DNA of 28,806 bases from positions 1-28,806 of the IMG/VR virus record IMGVR_UViG_3300031565_004587. One strand, written 5' to 3'. Numbering within the stretch: position 1 is the first letter of the stretch; the number at the start of each line of letters is the position of its first letter. The DNA comes from a virus. Taxonomy: Duplodnaviria > Caudoviricetes. The notes beneath the pieces are model-generated. The model did no database searches and had not been told where the DNA came from. It saw only the letters and a list, made by a program, of their open reading frames with translations. The position numbers and the translations under genes are program-made. Of this stretch, positions 8,002 to 16,930 are shown in pieces.

Positions 8002-8548
8002 TCAATTCTATCTACTATATAGTATACAAGAGAATGTAGGTTCTTTATATATCAATATAGAACAGGAGATAAGAGCACTCAAGATTGATGACTGGATCAC
8101 AGAAGATCTTAAGTTACAACCTAAAGCTATTACTCTTATTCAACAAGTAGACGGGTTTTTCAAGGTTCAAAAGAAAAAGACCAGCACTCAATTATTGGGT
8201 GATGATTTTAATGTAAACATTGGGAAATATCAGCTGTTATTTCCCAAGAAGAAATTACCAAGTGGTAAGGCAGCGCGTTCAGCTCAGAGTAATGTTGAAA
8301 CTAACTTTAGATGGTTCTTTGAACACAATAAATTTAGCTGGGACACTATTCTTACTGCAACTGCTATGTATGTAGATGAGTATGAAAGAAAGAGTCCTGC
8401 TTTCCTCTATATGCGCACATCAGCTTATTTTATTCGCAAGACAGAACTGGACAAGAGTATAGTTTCAGATCTGGCTAATTATTGCGAGAATGTTGAATCT
8501 GGGGAAGCTCCTGAAAAGGATACTCACTTCTCTGACAAAGTAGTATAA
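7931..8548 (+). CDS. Putative replication initiator / helicase loader
   Basis: N-terminal HTH-like part; C-terminal LFPKK...ILTATAMYV...YMRTSAYFI resembles phage replisome-organizer C-termini. Lies upstream of DnaB. Confidence 0.5.
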   Translation: MSSKKDTGMMELLHLIVKQKLTPNQFYLLYSIQENVGSLYINIEQEIRALKIDDWITEDLKLQPKAITLIQQVDGFFKVQKKKTSTQLLGDDFNVNIGKYQLLFPKKKLPSGKAARSAQSNVETNFRWFFEHNKFSWDTILTATAMYVDEYERKSPAFLYMRTSAYFIRKTELDKSIVSDLANYCENVESGEAPEKDTHFSDKVV

Positions 8549-8549
8549 T

Positions 8550-8834
8550 ATGAAAAAGCAAGTAAAACATGAAAAAGTGCATGAATTGGTGATTACAATT
8601 TTATTAACAGTGGTATGTTATTTGACTGTTAATAACTTTATCGTATCAATGTCTGTGGGTGAATACTTATTGATTGAGTTTCTCTTGGTTGCAGTAGTAT
8701 TTTTTCATATGTTTGTCATGAAGAAATATTTCCCCTCCTCTTATACTAAACAAGAAGGTCCCCATAACGGAACCAGGGAAACTTATCCTCTAAAAGATAC
8801 CAATGACCCAACTAACAGGCAAAAAACCGAATAA
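8550..8834 (+). CDS. Two-TM membrane protein
   Basis: Hydrophobic LVITILLTVVCYLTV and YLLIEFLLVAVVFFHMFVM. Confidence 0.65.
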   Translation: MKKQVKHEKVHELVITILLTVVCYLTVNNFIVSMSVGEYLLIEFLLVAVVFFHMFVMKKYFPSSYTKQEGPHNGTRETYPLKDTNDPTNRQKTE

Positions 8835-9858
8835 ATGGACTAGTCAACGACAAGGATTTGTTGACTCTTTACATTATATGCGAGGACGAAAAAAAGGTGA
8901 AATTAAAAGCTTCCGAACACCATGGTCTAAAGTCAATGATGCAACTACTGATGGCTTTGAATGGCACAGTACTACCGTTATTGGTGGAAGACCTGGCACC
9001 GGGAAAACTCTAATCAAAGATCAGATCATCAGAGAAGGATTTATCCTTAATCCTGGTGATAACTTCCGAGTATTAGAATTCCAGTTTGAGATGCTAGCAA
9101 GGACATCCGCTATTCGTGAATACTCAAGCGTTATTGGTAGAACATACAAGTATTTATGCAGTGCAGAAGGTACAATATCTGAAGAAGACATACAGAAATG
9201 CTATGAATATGCCAAAGAACGTGTAAAATATCCAATCGATGTAGTAGAAACGCCGTGTACAGTAAAAGAGTTTAAAGAAACTATTATTGCGTACATGCAA
9301 GAGTATTCTGCATTAGAGATGGTAAAAGAAACCTATAAAGAAGGTGACGAGACCAAAGAAAGAGAAGTCCAGAAACGAATTTACAAGAAAACAGTGGTCA
9401 CCCTTGACCACTCCTTACTCCTTAAAAAGAATAAGCTAGAGGGCGAAAAAGACAAGCATGATACTCTATTCGCATTAGGGGAGGCTGTTACAGAGTTAAA
9501 GCGTAGGTATCCAATCCATTTTATAATCTTAAGTCAACTCAATAGAGGTATTGATAGTCCTGAGAGAAATGAAGATGGTAAATACGGTAATTACGTATTA
9601 GAATCGGATATATTCGGTTCTGATGCTTTACTACAACATGCTGATACCTTAATTGGTCTTAATAGACCCGGTAAACAAAAAATCAGATATTATGGACCTG
9701 ATAGGTTTATAATAGATGATGATACTGTAATGGTTATGCACTTCCTTAAATGTAGAAATGGAGATACTCGTATGAGTTTCTTCAAATGCATGTTTAAAGA
9801 AATGAAGATTGTTGAAATGCCTACTCCAGGGCAACAAGAAAAAAGATTAAAAACATGA
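8803..9858 (+). CDS. dnaB: DnaB-like (SF4) replicative helicase, ATPase domain only
   Basis: TPW, GGRPGTGKT, FQFEM, TLDH, ILSQLNR, SDIFGSDALLQHAD and KCRNG. Confidence 0.92.
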   Translation: MTQLTGKKPNKWTSQRQGFVDSLHYMRGRKKGEIKSFRTPWSKVNDATTDGFEWHSTTVIGGRPGTGKTLIKDQIIREGFILNPGDNFRVLEFQFEMLARTSAIREYSSVIGRTYKYLCSAEGTISEEDIQKCYEYAKERVKYPIDVVETPCTVKEFKETIIAYMQEYSALEMVKETYKEGDETKEREVQKRIYKKTVVTLDHSLLLKKNKLEGEKDKHDTLFALGEAVTELKRRYPIHFIILSQLNRGIDSPERNEDGKYGNYVLESDIFGSDALLQHADTLIGLNRPGKQKIRYYGPDRFIIDDDTVMVMHFLKCRNGDTRMSFFKCMFKEMKIVEMPTPGQQEKRLKT

Positions 9859-10427
9859 CAAATATATCAACGAAAGAATCCGTAGATCAAGGCAGTCCTA
9901 AGCCTGAAAATAAAAAGGATAACTTGAAAAAGCTCCGAGACTTTCATCAACCTTTGATGAATCTCCTTGGACTATCTGATGCCACATTCATACCAAAACT
10001 GGCTTATGTGCCACATGGTAAAAATGAGCGGTATAATGCATTATTTTATAGCGAAATTAGTAAGGGTACAGATGTTTGTATAGCCTTTGCTGATTCAAAC
10101 AACTTAGTACAAGTCATTCCAGAAGATGAAGGATTTACTGAGAACGCGCTTTATAGATGGAAGTTCAATCCTCACTATGAAGAAGAATATGAAAAAACAG
10201 AACCAAATGTCACAACAGGACATTCCCGTTACTTGATACCTGTATCAGAATTAATAAAGTTAGAGTACCCGACTGCTCCAGAGGCTATCGAGGATACTGA
10301 CTTTACTATTGCAGATCCTGATCAAGATTTACCAATGACTCAAATGACAATGAGAGATTATGCAGCAATTCATATGCGTAAACCCGTTAGTATGAAACCA
10401 TGGTTAAATGATATAATCACCAAGTAA
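9855..10427 (+). CDS. Hypothetical protein
   Basis: ATGA-coupled to DnaB; C-terminal MTMRDYAAI motif. Confidence 0.75.
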   Translation: MTNISTKESVDQGSPKPENKKDNLKKLRDFHQPLMNLLGLSDATFIPKLAYVPHGKNERYNALFYSEISKGTDVCIAFADSNNLVQVIPEDEGFTENALYRWKFNPHYEEEYEKTEPNVTTGHSRYLIPVSELIKLEYPTAPEAIEDTDFTIADPDQDLPMTQMTMRDYAAIHMRKPVSMKPWLNDIITK

Positions 10428-10438
10428 TCAATATAAAG

Positions 10439-11089
10439 ATGGCAAAAACCACAATACCTGAAGTAGTAGCTGCACAAGAAGCTCCTCAGAGTGAAATACA
10501 AAAGTTCTTAGGAACATTGATCACATCAAAACAACTTCCTACACACATTAAAACTGTAGCAGAGGCATTTACAATTGCTCAAATGGGCAAAGAGTTAGGA
10601 TTTCCAACAATGCAGGCATTTCACTATATCATACCTATTCAAGGTAAGTTGAGTTTAAGTGCTAAAGCTATTGGCGCCCTATTAAGAAAAGGTGGAATAA
10701 GATATATTACACAAGAAGATGGTGTTTGGGTATATGCAGATGGTACAACCTCTGCTATTATCAAACCGGGAGACGAAAAACCGATCGATCAAAGAACTAC
10801 AATATTATTCTTGAGAGATGGTATGGAAGAAAGATGTTCTTTTACATGGAAAGATGCCGAAAAACAAGGCCTCACCACAAAAGACAACTGGAAAAGAATG
10901 CCAAAAGAAATGTTATATGCTCGTTGCGTTGCAAAGGGTGCTAACAGAATTGGCTCAGATTTATTATTAGGATTATATGCAGTTGAAGAACTTGCAGATA
11001 GTTTCAGTATCAATGAATCTCACATAACTAGAAACGAAGATGGTACTATATCATCAATCATAGATACAGAAGCAACAGTCGTAAAATAA
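10439..11089 (+). CDS. RecT/Red-beta-like single-strand annealing protein
   Basis: GKELGF..MQA...I..IQGK.SL, FTWKDAEKQGL, NWKRMPKEMLYAR and GLYAVEE. Confidence 0.75.
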   Translation: MAKTTIPEVVAAQEAPQSEIQKFLGTLITSKQLPTHIKTVAEAFTIAQMGKELGFPTMQAFHYIIPIQGKLSLSAKAIGALLRKGGIRYITQEDGVWVYADGTTSAIIKPGDEKPIDQRTTILFLRDGMEERCSFTWKDAEKQGLTTKDNWKRMPKEMLYARCVAKGANRIGSDLLLGLYAVEELADSFSINESHITRNEDGTISSIIDTEATVVK

Positions 11090-11110
11090 TAATCCTTTAA
11101 AAACAAATAT

Positions 11111-11803
11111 ATGAGTGGTAAATTAAACACAAAAGACATCAAAACAGGTGGAGGCGGAATACCGAAAACCTTAGAACCAGGTAACCAGCACTGTAAAATA
11201 AATAGCGTAGCTCTTGAAGAGTTTAAGCTTAAAGAAGGAGCATACAATGTTCTATTGTATATGGAAGGTCCAGATTTAGGTAAAGACTTTGAAGGCTTCT
11301 TTATTAACAAAGAAAATGAATCCTTAGGGCGCCATAAAGGTGCTGTAGGAAGAGTGAAAGCTGGTGAATGGGCTTTTGCTGATGGTACAACTAAAAGTGG
11401 TGTCCAAGTATCAAGAGATCAAGATATTCTTAAATTTCTAAAGAGTATCTGTACTGCACTAGGGATTGTTCCTTGGTTAACAGCTCAAGATGATAAACAT
11501 GCTACAATTGAGAGCTTAATCACAGCCTTCAATGATGAACAACCATTCAAAGACAAGTATATCAACTGTTGTATTGGTGCTAAGGAGTATAAAGATAAGA
11601 ATAACTATACTCGTTATGATCTACACTTTCCAAAGTTCAGCAAAGATGGTGTACCGTTTGAATCTCTTACAGCTAAACCAAGCAAGCTTTTAAGGTATAA
11701 TGATGCAACTCATTTGAAAAAAGCTAAAGTAATAGAGGTAACTGAATTCGGTGCTAGCGAAACTCCATTAGGAGATGATAGCAAATCCGATTTCCAACTA
11801 TAA
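11111..11803 (+). CDS. Putative single-stranded DNA-binding protein
   Basis: LEPGNQHCKINSV OB-like start and acidic-aromatic tail DDSKSDFQL. Sits between the annealing protein and primase and is followed by a terminator. Confidence 0.6.
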   Translation: MSGKLNTKDIKTGGGGIPKTLEPGNQHCKINSVALEEFKLKEGAYNVLLYMEGPDLGKDFEGFFINKENESLGRHKGAVGRVKAGEWAFADGTTKSGVQVSRDQDILKFLKSICTALGIVPWLTAQDDKHATIESLITAFNDEQPFKDKYINCCIGAKEYKDKNNYTRYDLHFPKFSKDGVPFESLTAKPSKLLRYNDATHLKKAKVIEVTEFGASETPLGDDSKSDFQL

Positions 11804-11822
11804 TCATTATTTAATTATTAAG

Positions 11823-11849
11823 AGGCGGGCAATACATGTCCGCCTTTTT
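11823..11849 (+). terminator. Rho-independent terminator
   Basis: AGGCGGGCA-ATACA-TGTCCGCCT stem-loop followed by a T run. Confidence 0.75.
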
Positions 11850-11871
11850 ATGCTTATACAACCAGAGACAT

Positions 11872-12861
11872 ATGATTCGTACTAAATCTATAATATCAAG
11901 TGTAAATGAAATCCCAAGAGAATGGGTGTTTGAGTTCTATCTCAAATGTGAGAAATTGTGTGGACAAGATGTAAAACTTAAATCAGTATTTAGTACTGAA
12001 GATAAGACACCATCTATGTTTGTCTACTATTGTAAAACTGCAGGATATTACAAGTTCAAAGATTTTTCAGCTGGTAAATCAGGTGATGGAGCAACCTTTG
12101 TTCAAGAATATTTTAAGCTTACCACGAGAGGCGAAGCTGCGCATAAAATTATTGAGGATTATAACCAATACATCCTTACAAATAAAGAAGATTACAGTGT
12201 ACGAGAGTTTAAAGTCCAACAGCGTTATAAAGTAAGCGCTTTTAACACAAGACCTTGGACTACTCTAGATCAAAAGTACTGGACTAAGTTCCATATTGGT
12301 TCTAAGAAATTAGCAAAGTATAATGTAGTTCCTTTAAGCTCTTATAAGATGACAAAGGAAGAAGATGGTGAAACCAAGGAATTAAACGTAATAGGTAGAC
12401 ATTATATCTATGGTTATTTCCGCACTGATGGTACATTATTCATGATCTATCAGCCGATGGTTAAGGATTGTAAATTTATTAGAATCAAGGATTATATCCA
12501 AGGTACTGATCAATTAACCTTCAAAGTACCTTATCTGATAATCACGAGTTCTTACAAAGATCTAATGGATTTTGATACATTAGGTTACTCTAATGCAGAA
12601 TCTGTTGCACCTAATAGCGAGAATACATTAATCCCTGAACACATCATATCCGCGTATAAGTTAAAATACAAAGCTATTTGTACATTGTTTGATAATGATA
12701 AAGCAGGTATTAATGCCATGGATAAGTATAAAGAAAAGTATGGTATACCGGGAGTTCATCTCGAGTTATCCAAAGATCTTTCTGATTCTATACGAGATCA
12801 TGGTATTCACAAAGTAAAAGAAGTACTAACCCCGTTAATAAAAGAACAATTAAGTAAATAA
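11872..12861 (+). CDS. dnaG: DnaG-type (Toprim) primase, crAss-like
   Basis: EDKTPS...FKDFSAG..GD...FV (degenerate Zn-ribbon region), LIITSSYKD, LFDNDKAG and KDLSD. Start set at ATG 11872 because ATG 11836 lies inside the terminator. Confidence 0.85.
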   Translation: MIRTKSIISSVNEIPREWVFEFYLKCEKLCGQDVKLKSVFSTEDKTPSMFVYYCKTAGYYKFKDFSAGKSGDGATFVQEYFKLTTRGEAAHKIIEDYNQYILTNKEDYSVREFKVQQRYKVSAFNTRPWTTLDQKYWTKFHIGSKKLAKYNVVPLSSYKMTKEEDGETKELNVIGRHYIYGYFRTDGTLFMIYQPMVKDCKFIRIKDYIQGTDQLTFKVPYLIITSSYKDLMDFDTLGYSNAESVAPNSENTLIPEHIISAYKLKYKAICTLFDNDKAGINAMDKYKEKYGIPGVHLELSKDLSDSIRDHGIHKVKEVLTPLIKEQLSK

Positions 12862-12881
12862 TCTTTAAAAATAAATACCAT

Positions 12882-13310
12882 ATGAGTTGGCTATATAATG
12901 GAAAAGTGTTTTGCCAAGAGGGTATACCCCACGGGGCTGTAGGTTTCATATACAGCATGACAGCTATTATAAATGGAACTTCAGTAGCTTATATTGGTAA
13001 GAAGAACTTTTATGCAAACGTTAAAACAAAACTGAGCAAAAAAGCTATGCCTACTGACAAAAGGCTCAAGAAATACAAACGCGTTACTAAAACATCATAC
13101 CAAGAATACTATAGTAGTAATGATGTACTTAAGAAAGCTCATAAAGACGGAGTTACTATCAGAAGAGAAATCTTAATGATATGCTTCAGTAAAACAGAGT
13201 TAACTTACCAAGAGGTAAAACATCAATTTAAGTACGAGGTATTAGAACATGATATATATCTTAATGGTAATATCCTCGGTAGATTTTATAAACAAAGAAA
13301 TAACACATGA
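12882..13310 (+). CDS. GIY-YIG superfamily nuclease-like protein
   Basis: GFIY...YIGKK, YYSS, REIL..C, E...QF and YLNGNI. Confidence 0.7.
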   Translation: MSWLYNGKVFCQEGIPHGAVGFIYSMTAIINGTSVAYIGKKNFYANVKTKLSKKAMPTDKRLKKYKRVTKTSYQEYYSSNDVLKKAHKDGVTIRREILMICFSKTELTYQEVKHQFKYEVLEHDIYLNGNILGRFYKQRNNT

Positions 13311-13762
13311 CCAGTAATCCAGAAACAATCAAATTAACAGCAGAGACTCACGATAATATCGTAGAGATGATGAACTCAATAGATCTTGAGAATAGAGTAG
13401 TAGCTCTAAACTGTATAGAAAATGTAGATTTTAATGAAAATCTAGTGTATATATTACTCCTTAAGAAACAAGGAGGTGCTAGTTCTAGTGAATGGAGTAC
13501 ACACGCTCCTAATACATCCAAATTACTCAAAGGAATAGGTATTAATCTTGATACCTCTCTTACTTGGAAACAGTATCTAGAGATACTAATTAAAAGAGAT
13601 ACTACACCTGATAAGATTCAATTCTATCTTGATCGGTTTGTAGCAGTAATTCATAAATCAATAACCGCTTTAGGGTATGACTTCATTGAGACCCTCGAAG
13701 TAAAAGTAAAACTAAAGACGAAACATGGTGAACAGAGCGGAACAATTAGCGAAAGCGTCTAA
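13307..13762 (+). CDS. Uncharacterised helical protein, paralogue 1 of 3 around vWA-MoxR
   Basis: Residues 10-52 align without gaps to segments of ORFs 16457 and 16927. Confidence 0.8.
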   Translation: MTSNPETIKLTAETHDNIVEMMNSIDLENRVVALNCIENVDFNENLVYILLLKKQGGASSSEWSTHAPNTSKLLKGIGINLDTSLTWKQYLEILIKRDTTPDKIQFYLDRFVAVIHKSITALGYDFIETLEVKVKLKTKHGEQSGTISESV

Positions 13763-14936
13763 AGACTTAATGCTGAAGGAACCATTCTATGGAATGTTCC
13801 TGATAATGCTTAACAAAACATGGGATAATAAAAAAGTCTCAACAGCAGGTGTAGGTAGAAATGGTATTAACTATAATCTCTTTTTAAACGAGACTTTCTG
13901 GGATATTCTCCAAGAACGTCAGAAAAGAGGATTGTTAAAGCATGAACTATTACACATTGCATTCATGCACTTAACTGACTTTGCTCATTTAAGCGATCAT
14001 ACTTTAGCTAATATCGCACAAGATATTGAGATAAATCAGTATATCGAATTAGATGATTTACCACCAGGCCCTCAACTCATATCAACGTATCCTGAACTAA
14101 ACCTTGAGCCTAAGAAAGGTAGTAATTATTACTATGAAAAGCTACAACAGGGTAAGAAAGCAGGTAACTGTCCTAATCTTAATGCAATGATCGCAGCTGC
14201 AGAAGCCGGTCAACAAATATGCATTACAGCAGGGTCAGGTGGGGATCAAGAAACACAAGTTCCTGATCACACTACTCATGAAGAGTTTGCAGGATTAGAT
14301 GAGGCTAGTCAACGACTTCTTAAAGCTCAAACCGAGCATTTAATTAAAGAAGTAGCTGATTCAGTATCTAAATCGCGTGGACTTATTCCTGGTGAATTTC
14401 AATCTATATTAGATCGGATTAATACCACTGAGCCAGCCAAGTTCGATTGGAAAGGATATCTCAGAAGATTCACAGGAGGCTCTCAGAAGGTTTATACCAA
14501 AAAGACAAGGCGGAAGTTCAATAAAAGATATGAAGACAACCCAGGGCTTAAAATCAAGCCTAAGAGACATATCTTAGTTGGTGTAGATACATCAGGTTCT
14601 GTAAATGCAGGAGAACTTAAGGAATTTTTCCATGAGATCCATCATATGTATAAATCCGGTTCTGATGTAACCGTTGTTCAGTGTGATGCTGCTATTCACG
14701 ATGTAAGCCCTTATAACCCTAAACATGAGATAAAACTTCATGGTAGAGGAGGTACAGAGTTTCAACCGGTAATAGATTATTACAATGAACACAAACACAA
14801 ATTCACTTGTCTTGTATATTTTACAGATGGTGAATGCGGTGCACCCGATAATGCACGAGGAAGTATTTTATGGGTATTATCAAGTACCTCACAAGAAAAC
14901 AACGATCTACCAGGATCAGTAATCAAATTAAACTAA
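13725..14936 (+). CDS. Metallopeptidase-vWA protein (DUF2201-like)
   Basis: EPFYG, TAGV, KHELLH (HEXXH), NIAQDIEINQ. The vWA part has VDTSGS (MIDAS), GRGGTEF and YFTDG. Confidence 0.9.
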   Translation: MVNRAEQLAKASKDLMLKEPFYGMFLIMLNKTWDNKKVSTAGVGRNGINYNLFLNETFWDILQERQKRGLLKHELLHIAFMHLTDFAHLSDHTLANIAQDIEINQYIELDDLPPGPQLISTYPELNLEPKKGSNYYYEKLQQGKKAGNCPNLNAMIAAAEAGQQICITAGSGGDQETQVPDHTTHEEFAGLDEASQRLLKAQTEHLIKEVADSVSKSRGLIPGEFQSILDRINTTEPAKFDWKGYLRRFTGGSQKVYTKKTRRKFNKRYEDNPGLKIKPKRHILVGVDTSGSVNAGELKEFFHEIHHMYKSGSDVTVVQCDAAIHDVSPYNPKHEIKLHGRGGTEFQPVIDYYNEHKHKFTCLVYFTDGECGAPDNARGSILWVLSSTSQENNDLPGSVIKLN

Positions 14937-16456
14937 TGGCAAAAGCAGAAGCAAAACAAGTAAACTTAAATATTGAGGAGTTAAAGACATTCTTAACTCA
15001 TATTGTAACTAATAACAGATACCTACAAGAGTCGGGGAAAACACCAGCAGCGGTTGAAATCCAAGGTGATTCAGGTATTGGGAAGACTAGCGGTGTATTA
15101 CAGTTAGCAAATGAATTAAAGTTAAACTTCGTAAAGTTAAACTTAGCTCAGATTGAAGAGTTAGGAGATCTAGTAGGATTTCCGGTAAGACAGTTTCAAT
15201 TATGTAAACCAGAAGGTATAATAACAACTCCTGTAATTGATGTAGCTCCTGCTATTCCTACCATGATCAAAGTAAAGAAAATGGTAAAAAAGATAGTTAA
15301 CCAAGAGGTTACTGTCATGGAAGAACAAGAGGTAGAAGATTTTACAATAACTATTACCAAAAAGCAAGTTCTTGAGGCTGGAAAGTTCATTACTAAAGAT
15401 ATTGAGACTAAAACTCCTATCAAGGTAAAGAAAGAGGTTCCTGTACAAAAGATGATGGATGTAGAGATTGAAGAGGAGGAAGAAGTAGAAGTAGAGAGCT
15501 CAACACCTGTAAAACAAGCTGTTCAAGCTGGTATAGTTAATAGTGCAGAATGCCTTTGGGTAGATGAACAAGCTATTGATGAATATACCAAACAAGGGTA
15601 TTCATTCACCGGCTTAAAACGTATGTCTTATTGTCCACCAGAATGGATTGCTGATAAACAAGGAGGAGGAATTCTAATCTTAGATGACTGGAATCGTGCT
15701 GACATCCGATTTATTCAAGCCGTAATGGAATTGGTAGATCGTCAGGAGTATATCTCTTGGAAGTTACCTAAGGACTGGCATATCATGTTAACTGCAAATC
15801 CAGACAATGGAGAGTATTTAGTTAACAGTATTGATAATGCACAAAGAACTCGTTTCATCAGTGTCAACTTAAAGAGTGACGTTGATGTATGGGCTAAATG
15901 GGCAGAAGTCCAGGGTATTGATGGTCGTTGTATCAACTTCTTATTAATGCATCCTGAATTGGTGACTAACAATATCAATCCAAGAAGTATCACCACATTC
16001 TTTAATGCAATCAGTTCTATTAAGGATTTCGCAGCAGAGTTACCATTGATCCAGATGATTGGCGAAGGTAGTGTAGGGCCTGAGTTCTCTCAGATGTTCG
16101 TACTATTTATCAATAATCGTATGGATAAGTTGATAACCCCTAAGGATATCTTATTACATGATAACGAAAGTCATGTATTAGGAGAAATGAGGAAAGCTAT
16201 TGGTACCGATAACGATTATCGCGCTGATATAGCAAGCATTCTTACAACCAGGGTAATTAACTATGGTTTACACTATGCAGAATCAAACACGATCTACCAA
16301 AAGACTGTAGATAGATTAATAACACTAGCGACTCATCCGGATACATTAACTGATGATCTTAAGTATATTCTTGTTAAGAAGTTCTTAAACGGGAATAAGC
16401 AAAAGTTTCAAAAGATGATGATTAATCCAGACGTTGTTAAAATGTCAATGAAGTAA
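14936..16456 (+). CDS. MoxR-type AAA+ ATPase with large insertion
   Basis: Walker A GDSGIGKT, DLVGFP, PPEW, Walker B ILILDDWNRA, TANP, DNAQRTRF and NPRS. Start at the TAATG overlap, 14936. Confidence 0.9.
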   Translation: MAKAEAKQVNLNIEELKTFLTHIVTNNRYLQESGKTPAAVEIQGDSGIGKTSGVLQLANELKLNFVKLNLAQIEELGDLVGFPVRQFQLCKPEGIITTPVIDVAPAIPTMIKVKKMVKKIVNQEVTVMEEQEVEDFTITITKKQVLEAGKFITKDIETKTPIKVKKEVPVQKMMDVEIEEEEEVEVESSTPVKQAVQAGIVNSAECLWVDEQAIDEYTKQGYSFTGLKRMSYCPPEWIADKQGGGILILDDWNRADIRFIQAVMELVDRQEYISWKLPKDWHIMLTANPDNGEYLVNSIDNAQRTRFISVNLKSDVDVWAKWAEVQGIDGRCINFLLMHPELVTNNINPRSITTFFNAISSIKDFAAELPLIQMIGEGSVGPEFSQMFVLFINNRMDKLITPKDILLHDNESHVLGEMRKAIGTDNDYRADIASILTTRVINYGLHYAESNTIYQKTVDRLITLATHPDTLTDDLKYILVKKFLNGNKQKFQKMMINPDVVKMSMK

Positions 16457-16930
16457 ATGACGGAAGAAGTAATCACTAAGACGGTGCCCGGTAAACTGGG
16501 TACCGTTCTTACTGAACCTGAATATGACACTCTTAATGCAATGCTATCTAGCAGGGATGAAGGGGATCATAGAATGGCTCAGGCAATATTAAATCAATGT
16601 GATATAAAAACATCCATTTATTGGATATGGAAATTAGCAAGAACCCATTCTCATAAGATGGTATATCTTCGTACTAAAGCAAGTAGAGAATTTAGAGATG
16701 CTACTGATTTATTTTCGCTCGGTTATATGAAGTATACCCCATTTGCTTTAGCAATGCATGAAAAAGGATGGCTTACACCAGAAATATATGCAAGAATCAA
16801 ACCTGGTATTTTAGACGAGCTTATTGAAAGAAATAAAAATAATAATGTTTATAACATTCATGTAACAATCAAAGACGCGTTCTTAAACTATGATCAAGAC
16901 GACCAACTCTTACAATTAACCAACTTATGA
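16457..16930 (+). CDS. Uncharacterised helical protein, paralogue 2 of 3
   Basis: LTEPEYDTLNAMLSSRDEGDHRMAQAILNQCDIKTSIYWIWKL; starts immediately after the ATPase stop. Confidence 0.8.
   Translation: MTEEVITKTVPGKLGTVLTEPEYDTLNAMLSSRDEGDHRMAQAILNQCDIKTSIYWIWKLARTHSHKMVYLRTKASREFRDATDLFSLGYMKYTPFALAMHEKGWLTPEIYARIKPGILDELIERNKNNNVYNIHVTIKDAFLNYDQDDQLLQLTNL

Noticed and set aside
6780-8550. DnaA-box origin near the DnaA-IV gene
   Set aside because: Only isolated partial matches such as AAATCCACA at 6781; no cluster or iteron array found by eye.
15203-15544. Intein in the MoxR ATPase (insert begins CKPEG and ends GIVN-S)
   Set aside because: No block B TxxH, no penultimate His, shorter than typical mini-inteins, and the low-complexity K/E/V content is better explained as a beta-hairpin.
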